Source: Thalia democratica
Taxonomy: Eukaryota
Assembly (NCBI GenBank): GCA_965202585.1
Contig: OZ241830.1
Location: 10,726,001-10,790,000, forward strand
Reading direction: 5' to 3'
Length of the DNA: 64,000 bases
The position numbers were made by a program, and so were the translations under genes. Position 1 is the first letter of the stretch; every line of letters starts with the position of its first letter. This document shows positions 56,684-64,000 of the stretch, in pieces. Under the pieces are notes generated by a model. The model did no database searches and had not been told where the DNA came from. It saw only the letters and a list, made by a program, of their open reading frames with translations.

Positions 56684-56975
56684 TGACTCGAGGTTTTCTT
56701 AAGCTTAGTGACTGTACGCTGGTTACAATTTATAAAACTCAAACAATTCTACTATCCTTTGCAGAGCTTCTATTCCCTTTGGCCAATCCGTCAACAACCC
56801 CAACAACAACCCAAAACATCCTTTTAACACACTAAGAAAAACTTATTTATTTTTTCACTCTCTTCTCTACTTACTACGTCACGCACAAGTCTTTCTGTAA
56901 TTTTCCACTTAAAACTTTGACTCCTTTGATGTAAATTCCACTTAACTTATCTTTGACTCCTTCATTGTACTTCTC

Positions 56976-57128
56976 GAAACAAGTAGTAAACTACTACTTG
57001 TTATACTACCCTTCCTACCTTACTTAGTTGATTTGTTTTTATCTTCTGAGTGCTAAAATATTTGAAGTTATTTTCTCGTTCTAGCTTTTGAAACAAGTAG
57101 AAGCTACTACTTGTTATACTACCCTTCC
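56976..57128 (+). repeat. Two copies of a ~40-bp hairpin-containing unit (56976-57015 and 57090-57128)
   Basis: GAAACAAGTAG..CTACTACTTGTTATACTACCCTTCC occurs twice, each with a 9-bp stem AACAAGTAG/CTACTTGTT. Confidence 0.85.
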
Positions 57129-57695
57129 CTAACTTCGTTTTTTTTTTTTTTTAATAATCTAAATGAGCACTTGTAGTTTGTATTTACTTTTGCTATGCTA
57201 AAACCTCTACCCAACTTAAGACACTGCACCCAAAAAAAACCTCACTACAGTCGTTAGTAGAACTAAGAAAAAGTTAAATTACGAAATTAATTTTTTACAG
57301 GAAACTGTAAAACTTTACCTTAAAACATGAATTGTTCGAGACTCAAAATATGAGAAAATAAACACGAAAAAAATGCTAGTATTTAAATTTACTGGAAGTC
57401 TCTATCACTTCTTAATCTAAGTTTGAACAATGTTAATTTGGTTAAGCATGACAAAATAAAAAAGCATTTTCATTGAAATAAAAATAAAATTCTTTAATAA
57501 ACAATAGTTTTCAGATTAATAGTTATTTTTAAATACTAAGAAAAACATTTTTTTGTAGAAATACACTAATATAGTTTTTTAAAACGATTAAAAAAAATTA
57601 ATTATAAGATGTTAGCAATTACACACAATTTTTAAAACAGAAAAAAAAAAAAAAATTAATTAATACCTAAGCTACAATTTGTCTTGTAAGTTCAC

Positions 57696-58054
57696 GTACA
57701 CAGTTCTCGTTGATGGGAACCTTCCGTTGCTGGAAAAGGAAATCTCTCGGACAAGGGGTTCGTTCTTCTGGGGAAAACTCGTAAAAACACAGCTTCTCGT
57801 TGATAGGAACCTCCCGTTGCTGGAAAAAGGAAATCTCTCGGACAAGGGGTTCGTTCTTCTGGGGAAAACTCGTAAAACACAGCTTCTCGTTGATAGGAAC
57901 CTCCCGTTGCTGGAAAAAGGAAATCTCTCGGACAAGGGGTTCGTTCTTCTGGGGAAAACTCGTAAAACACAGCTTCTCGTTGATAGGAACCTCCCGTTGC
58001 TGGAAAAGGAAATCTCTCGGACAAGGGGTTCGTTCTTCTGGGGAAAACTCGTAA
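57696..58054. repeat. Four near-identical 90-bp GC-rich tandem repeats
   Basis: TTCTCGT ends at 57710, 57800, 57890 and 57980. Units differ mainly in A-run length. Confidence 0.95.
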
Positions 58055-58113
58055 CCTTGGTGGAAAAGTGCTAGGGACTTAAAACTTAGCTTGATTGAGA
58101 GGAAAACAGAGTG

Positions 58114-60192
58114 CTACATCGAGCTCGGATTGTCTTGTCCGAAAAACTCTGGTGTATTTAAATTTGTCTCATTTACACAAGGGAACCAATGCGACATGTG
58201 ATCTTCGTTTTTAAACGTTTCTTCTATTTCCGAAAAAGTTTTAGCTTCTTTAGAAACCGATTTCAAGGCCGTTCCCACCTGGAGGCAGTTCGAGATTTCG
58301 TGCGACTGTTCCATAATCTCGGCTGTCCCATCTCCTTCATCTCCATTTTTCCAAATCTTTGGTAATAACCCTCCGTCATTTGCTACTATCTCTTTTCCTT
58401 TTTTTATAGATGACTTCGAGATTCCGTGCGACTGATCCATAATCTTGGCTGTCCCATCTCTTTCATCTCCACTTTTCCAAGTTTTTGATAATAACCCTCC
58501 GTCATTTGCTACTTTCTCTTTTTCATTTTTTAAAGATGACTTTTGTTTTTTATTCAATTTTTTACTGTCTGTCTCAATCTCTTCCTTTCCTGTGTCTCTA
58601 TATTTCATCTTGATATTTGGTTTATCCTCGGACGCAGTTCTTTTCACGACATTGACATCAATATCTCCACATTGAATAGAAAACAGGTGGTGTATATTTG
58701 TTTTTGCTTTGCAAAATCTCTCGAGTCCATCTTGAATGGTCAAGCAACTCATTTTTTCATCTTCTATATTTTTCAGTTTGAGCTCTTTAACTTGTTGTTT
58801 CCATTTGACTATTTCTTTACTATGTTTTTCTTCATGCTCTTTGTTTGCCTGTTTGAGTTCCTTTAACTCTTTCAAGAGATTTGTTATTCTTAGTTTTTTA
58901 GTTCTTAGTTTTTCTTGGACGTTTTCCTTTTTTCTCTTTTGCTTATTTAATTTTTATTGCAATATTTCAATGGTATGGTTGGCGTTAAGTATTTTGTCAC
59001 AAAGCTCAGTTCCTTCCTTTCTATAATTTATTTCGTCCTGCCTTAAGTCATTTATAACTTCACTTTTTTTTCTAAGTTCGGCTTTTAACCTTTCTACTTC
59101 AGTTCCCAAAAATTCCATTGCCCCTTTCACTTTAGAATCATTAAATGATTGTACAGCTTTCTTTATGAGTACTTCTTGTAAAAGTTCCACTAACTCATTT
59201 TCTTGGAGAGTTTCTTCCTCTTCATGGATAACGTTTGAAAGATTTTTTTCATCCTCAATTACCATAACTTTTGTTGCATCCTTTTCTTTAATAACCTCTT
59301 TTTGTTTGACCATTTTCTTGACATTTTTTTGGTCGTAGGCAAGGTGAGACTCTTTAGAATTTTTAACAAAACTTCCCACATCTTCGAGGTTGTTAGATCT
59401 TTCCTTTGCAACTTCCATTTCACTTAAAGTGTGCTTTTTTAGCTTAGTTGCTGATTCATTTTTCACTCCTTTAGATATCTCCGTCTCTTGAATTTGAACT
59501 TTGCTATTTTCTTTTCGTTTCTCCTCCGTCGTATGTAAAATTTTTACACCAGATTGAGTTCGTACCTTTTGTGGTTTTGTTTCTTGAATCGTACCATCTT
59601 CTTTTTGCTTTTTGTTAGTTGTCTGGGCTGCCTCTTCGCTAGTTGGCGTTCGTGCTCTTTTCGTTGGCATAGTAACCTGCTTCCCACTATTTCCTTTTTG
59701 TATGTTATTTGTCGAGGAAAATGTCCTATCTCCTGATTGCGTTTCTACTTTTCTTGATCTCGTAGCGCTGATATTTATTTTCATATGACTCTCCTGAATA
59801 TTTTTTGATGTTGTCCATGACCCTTCATTAGATTGCCATCGTCTCGATGGCATTGTATTCCTACTCACATTTCTAGTTGGTTCGTATCTTGATTTGTTGA
59901 GTCTCATATCTTCTTCTCTTCTTGGCTGGTTATTTCTTAATGAATAGTTTGATCGTCTATAATATGAGGACCTGGAAGGTGGCGTTCTTCTATTGTCTCG
60001 GCGATAATAACTATTTGTTCGACGTATAATTCTTCTGTCTTCCGTTCTTCCGTCATATCTTCTATCTTCAGAATCATATTTGTCTCTTCTGTGATCACTA
60101 TTTTTGTTCCCATCTATTTCTATTAAACTATCAGTTTCGCTTGCCAACAAAGACAGAGCGTCTTCGGATTTGTTCGTGCTGTGACAACTCAT
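58114..60192 (-). CDS. ~692-codon ORF (Arg/Ser-rich N-terminus, long coiled coil, acidic/basic tail) with one internal TAA at 58954-58956; function unknown
   Basis: ORFs 58954..60192 and 58114..58875 share a frame. The intervening codons read KLNKQKRKKENVQEKLRTKKLRITNL with no further stop, and the K/E-rich heptad pattern continues across the TAA. Confidence 0.75.
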
Positions 60193-60429
60193 TTTTAATT
60201 AAACAAAAATGCTGTTAAGAAGAATAATTGTTATCCAAACGTTAAAATATATATATTTTATTTATTAATTTATTTATTTTTTTTAATATTTTTATATTTT
60301 TTAACCAACTCATGTTTTATTTTTTTATTTTTGGATAAATATTATTTTTAGTAACTTTTATAAGTTCATATTACTTACTTCACTCTATTGTTTCAATGCA
60401 TTCTCAATTTAAGTATACTGTGGCTTTGT

Positions 60430-60482
<53 letters not shown>

Positions 60483-60627
60483 AAAGTGATGTGAATGAAG
60501 AAATAATGTGATTAATATTATAATAATTATCCCTGACCTTGCTGCTAATGAAGGAAAAAGGAAAAACAAAAAAAAAAAAAAAATAATAAAACCAATATAT
60601 ACATGATCAGTAACGGCCACCTATTTC

Positions 60628-62343
60628 TCATTTTTTATCCCCCTCATTTGGTTTTTTTCCACATTTCTCCCTTAATGTTTGAATAATAACAACAACAATT
60701 AAGATTGTTGCTATAATTGTATAAATATGTCCTAAAAGTCCTAAGATATTCTTAATTTTCTTCCAAATCGAATATTTAATTTTTTCCAGCATGGCCCTCA
60801 CATTGTTGTAGTCCATAGTATGCGTTTCTGCCAGTAATTCTTCTATGTTGATTCCATCACTTATATATTCTTCCTTGGTAATTAACAACAAGTTCTTGAG
60901 TTGCTGCTGTGTAACATCTTCTTCAGACCAAGAAACTTCTTGTAAGTCTTCATTTAGGTTTTCCTCTAAGATGTCGAAACTTTTTTCCTCTAGTTCAACA
61001 TTTTTTATTGTAATCTTTTTCAGTGCTGGTATTTGATCGATTAGGGTATTGTTATTGTATATTATAAAGCTGTCATTGAAACTAAATGTCTTTCGTTTAG
61101 TAGGTGTAACTGTAGAGCTAATTTTTTCCGTAAGAAATCTTCCTTGGCGTAGTGATGTAAGCTTTGCTTCCGTGCCAGTATAGGCCACAAATAATGGCCT
61201 ATCTGACACATGACCTTTATAATATAAATTAGGCTGCAAAACTGCTTGGACTTTTGAGCACCTCAGTTCCTTTAAAATCCCACCTGCGAATATAGCCTGT
61301 ACCTCTCTTTCGAGAAGATAAGACAAGACTTGAGATGGATTTAGACTTTGACTTCCCATAAGGGCTACTATATTTGCCCGTGCCATTTCACAGGTAACTA
61401 ATTTAAAATAGTTCCTAAAATTTTCGCTGTTCAAAAACGATCCATGTGCAATAGATGTCATTGTGGCTTGAATATTTCGTAGTGATGCTGGTATATTATC
61501 ATCTGCAGTTTCAATTGGCTCAATGTTGCTTTCCTCAGGAATTTCCAGCACATGATTGGTCATTGTACAAAAAAATTTCGATTTTTTCATTTGTTTTAGG
61601 CAGGCTAATGATTTTGGTGAGCATTTCATCAGGTTGGATACAATTAAGTTTGTTTCGTCTAGTTCGAATAAGTTTCCTTTTGAAGTTTTATGAATTATTA
61701 GAGTTTTATTTTCACTCCTCGGTATAGTTTCACAGGTTTTTTCTCTAGGTTCTACATAATTGATTCTCCAGTTTCCTGCTGTGCAAGTTTTGAATTTTCT
61801 ACTGCAAAACAATTTGCCCAACGATATGTGATGTAGTTCTTCTGTCACCACATTTTTTGTAATTGTTAGATAGTTTAATTCAACATTTTTTACTTCTATT
61901 AGGTTTCCAAACCATCCATATTCCGGTTCCAAAATGTTTTTCGTAGTCATGGATCCATCCGCGTTTGGTAAGAGTCTCCCAACCGAAGTGAAGTGTCTTT
62001 GTTCCCACAATTCACACTCCCTCTTTGTTACTAACTGGTGTTCCGTTCTTATTAAGTTGCAGACATTACTGCCGAAAAGGTAATGTATGCAGTTATAAAT
62101 ATCTTTTGTCATTCTGCAAGCTTTTGCCCCTAAGTTATACATTTGGTTAAAAGGTTTAAAAACCCTTACTGGGTATATTTTAGTAGTGTTTCCTTTGTTT
62201 ATGCATTTCCCAGGGGGTATAATTTTGAATTGTTGTATTACCTCATTCTTGCAAAGGTCTATATATACCTTCCTTGTTATATCTGAATAGACCATAGCTA
62301 AGCAAAGTGTTGTTATCCATAATGTTTTCATGACCAGCTTCAT
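60628..62343 (-). CDS. Intact class III viral fusion glycoprotein (herpesvirus gB / chuvirus G / rhabdovirus G-like envelope protein), 571 aa
   Basis: Signal peptide aa 1-20, TM aa ~533-554, short cytoplasmic tail and four N-glycosylation sequons (N52, N212, N423, N431). C76-x8-C85-IHYLFG and EYGWFG are fusion-loop-like segments. C318..LNPS(334)..C362..RPLF(382)..KRKTFSF follows the spacing of the herpes gB core as I recall it. Confidence 0.88.
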   Translation of the reverse strand: MKLVMKTLWITTLCLAMVYSDITRKVYIDLCKNEVIQQFKIIPPGKCINKGNTTKIYPVRVFKPFNQMYNLGAKACRMTKDIYNCIHYLFGSNVCNLIRTEHQLVTKRECELWEQRHFTSVGRLLPNADGSMTTKNILEPEYGWFGNLIEVKNVELNYLTITKNVVTEELHHISLGKLFCSRKFKTCTAGNWRINYVEPREKTCETIPRSENKTLIIHKTSKGNLFELDETNLIVSNLMKCSPKSLACLKQMKKSKFFCTMTNHVLEIPEESNIEPIETADDNIPASLRNIQATMTSIAHGSFLNSENFRNYFKLVTCEMARANIVALMGSQSLNPSQVLSYLLEREVQAIFAGGILKELRCSKVQAVLQPNLYYKGHVSDRPLFVAYTGTEAKLTSLRQGRFLTEKISSTVTPTKRKTFSFNDSFIIYNNNTLIDQIPALKKITIKNVELEEKSFDILEENLNEDLQEVSWSEEDVTQQQLKNLLLITKEEYISDGINIEELLAETHTMDYNNVRAMLEKIKYSIWKKIKNILGLLGHIYTIIATILIVVVIIQTLREKCGKKPNEGDKK

Positions 62344-62686
62344 TATACTGTCTACCTTCCACCTTAAATTTTCTTAATTATAACCAAAACGAGAGAGGTG
62401 GAGAGAAAAAAAATAGTTCGCCAAAAAAAATTTTTTTTTTTTTTTTTTTTTTTTTTGCCCAATCATCTTAGTATTGAGAGCGGAAAAATAACAACATCAA
62501 AAATAAAATAAATAATAAGCAAGTAACTTTAACTTCCACATTAATTATACTTCATATGATACACGGTAATTTTGTGTGACAATTTCAAGTGCTCGAGTTT
62601 AAAGTGACATGGTTATGGAATTTCTCAAAAAAAAAAAAAAAAAAAAAAAATCATATATCTGATATATACAAAATTAATACGATGGC

Positions 62687-63010
62687 TTAATTGGTCTCTC
62701 CCACCATTCCAAAATACGGTTGGTTATAAATGATGAAATACCTTAATTTCATCTCCAAATTGAATAGTGAAATATCTTGAAAACTTATCATGTGAGTAAT
62801 TCCTACAAAACCTATTGCGTACGAGCATTTCTCACTTACTTCGTTTTCAAAAAGGAAATTAAAATGGGTGCAGAAATTTTTTATCATATTATTGTTTGAA
62901 CATTCATATAAATGAAAATTTTTATGTAAGAATTCTTTAAAGTTCTCATTCGAATTCATATAATTATAGAAGTCTTCTCCATATACGGGGTTAATCATAA
63001 GTAAGAACAT
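62687..63010 (-). CDS. 107-aa ORF, possibly small and secreted; function unknown
   Basis: Co-oriented with the neighbouring ORFs, short hydrophobic N-terminus (MFLLMINPVYG), three Cys, and a TTTTAG acceptor-like site 11 nt upstream of the ATG. Confidence 0.5.
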   Translation of the reverse strand: MFLLMINPVYGEDFYNYMNSNENFKEFLHKNFHLYECSNNNMIKNFCTHFNFLFENEVSEKCSYAIGFVGITHMISFQDISLFNLEMKLRYFIIYNQPYFGMVGETN

Positions 63011-63398
63011 TACAATTTTATCTAAAATAGTTATAATTTTTAGGGTGATTACTAATCAATATGCCTACAATAAATTTTACTTTGCTAAATTAGCTCAATT
63101 AAATTGAAGATGTAAAAATAAAATAAAAAAATAAAAAATTAGTGAGGGATGGAATAACAACATAGCTAAAAAAAATACAAAACAAAACATTTTCTGAGGT
63201 AAAACTACTTAATTAATTCAGTAATTCATAAAAAACTATAAACTTGTGTTTCGTAATTATAAATATAGACAATCATATTTAAACATACATTTTTATTATT
63301 AATTATATCTGCTTATTTGTTATTTAAATCTAAAAAAAAAATAACAGATATTATGATATTGAAATTCAATATTATTTAAAGTTAAGTAATTAGAAAAA

Positions 63399-63563
63399 TT
63401 ACATAAAAAACAAAAAACTTATAACAAAACCTAAATATTGTTTTTTCAATTTTGTAATAAAACTTGACGTCCGTTTTTCCATGACCCTTTCAACTTCGAC
63501 GTTTTTTTCTGACAGATGTCTCGTGGAATTGTCAAGCAAAAAGGTATATTCTTGTTTCATCAT
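63399..63563 (-). CDS. Possible 54-aa ORF with a hydrophobic C-terminal tail (below the ORF-track cut-off)
   Basis: MMKQEYTFLLDNSTRHLSEKNVEVERVMEKRTSSFITKLKKQYLGFVISFLFFM, translated by hand. It sits in a locally GC-richer island and may be the tail of a longer decayed ORF. Confidence 0.3.
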   Translation of the reverse strand: MMKQEYTFLLDNSTRHLSEKNVEVERVMEKRTSSFITKLKKQYLGFVISFLFFM

Positions 63564-63764
63564 GGACGTTTGAATTTAAAAGCAAAGTTTCTTTCGTTGA
63601 AACATCATCATAAAAAATATTTCATTTGGAGTATCTTTTTCCAAATATTTTCGAGCAGTTTAGCTCGGAATGTTTTCATAGTTCAACTATCTTTATAACA
63701 TAATAAATATTTTTATTTCTATTTAAGAAGTTTAATTAATTTCTATTAGGTGAGTTCCCTCTCA

Positions 63765-64000
63765 ACTTCTTCGTCCCCACATATCTTCCATATCAACTTA
63801 TCTGCTCCACACATTTCCATATTAACTTTTTCGTCTCCACACTTCTTCCATATTAACTTATTCGTCTCCACACTTCTTCCATATCAACTTATTCGTCTCC
63901 ACACATTTCCATATTAACTTTTTCGTCTCCACACTTCTTCCATATTAACTTTTTCGTCTCCACACTTCTTCCATATCAATTTATTCGTCTCCACACATTT
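63765..64000. repeat. 30/31-bp tandem array (TTCGTCTCCACACTTCTTCCATATTAACTTA) running off the window end
   Basis: CTCCAC/CCCCAC ends at 63780, 63810, 63840, 63871, 63902, 63932, 63963 and 63994. Confidence 0.93.

Noticed and set aside
56664-56690. Second hammerhead-like string GTGATGA-AGTT..AACT-GACT, and a similar one on the minus strand near 49205-49245
   Set aside because: Both lack the invariant GAAA (the first also lacks C3), and stems I and III cannot be drawn.
56981-57000. AGTAGT/ACTACT as a Maverick/Polinton terminus
   Set aside because: The words sit inside a duplicated internal hairpin, not at a boundary, and no long TIR or 6-bp TSD is visible. Maverick identity of the cassette stays open, but this does not support it.
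57696-58054. CRISPR-like interpretation of the tandem arrays
   Set aside because: There are no unique spacers and no cas genes, and the context is eukaryotic.
57672-58074. Four overlapping ORFs (84-131 aa) on both strands over the 90-bp array
   Set aside because: They are by-products of a GC-rich repeat whose period is divisible by three, and the frames switch wherever A-run length varies.
60393-60620. 75-aa ORF with a poly-Lys run
   Set aside because: It is just the translation of the T16/A51 homopolymer spacer.
58445-61727. Plus-strand ORFs at 58445, 58543, 58736, 59554, 60845 and 61455
   Set aside because: Antisense shadows of the long minus-strand ORFs; their Phe/Leu/Ser-rich content mirrors the Lys/Glu codons opposite.
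1-64000. rRNA, tRNA, snRNA or spliced-leader RNA genes
   Set aside because: No recognisable conserved sequence or cloverleaf was found by eye; a covariance-model scan would be needed to exclude them formally.

Overview
This is very AT-rich eukaryotic DNA, most likely from an invertebrate. A Hydra-like cnidarian is my inference from composition and repeat types, not something the window proves. Positions 1-56 kb contain no recognisable host gene and are a mosaic of repeats. These include a 5'-truncated RTE-clade LINE (8.5-10.3 kb) whose RT has one in-frame stop just before its FADD motif, and a 2.7-kb hAT derivative with TIRs and a perfect 8-bp TSD (12621-15317). There is also a decayed Ty3/Gypsy gag, a fold-back MITE, a candidate hammerhead ribozyme, and two dispersed repeat families in which a TGACGTMA core sits at fixed spacing from a second GC-rich motif. 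The last ~7.7 kb (56.3-64 kb) is the main result: a virus-like cassette of co-oriented, apparently intronless minus-strand ORFs. It encodes an intact 571-aa class III fusion glycoprotein (rhabdovirus-G-like fusion domain plus herpesvirus-gB-like core), a ~690-codon Arg/Ser-rich and coiled-coil ORF split by a single TAA, and a small cysteine-containing ORF. The ORFs are separated by a recurring U-tract then A-tract spacer, preceded by 3'-splice-acceptor-like sites, and flanked by tandem arrays and an LTR-like hairpin-rich segment. No polymerase, RT, integrase or capsid gene for this cassette lies in the window, so its class is unresolved and it probably continues past 64000.
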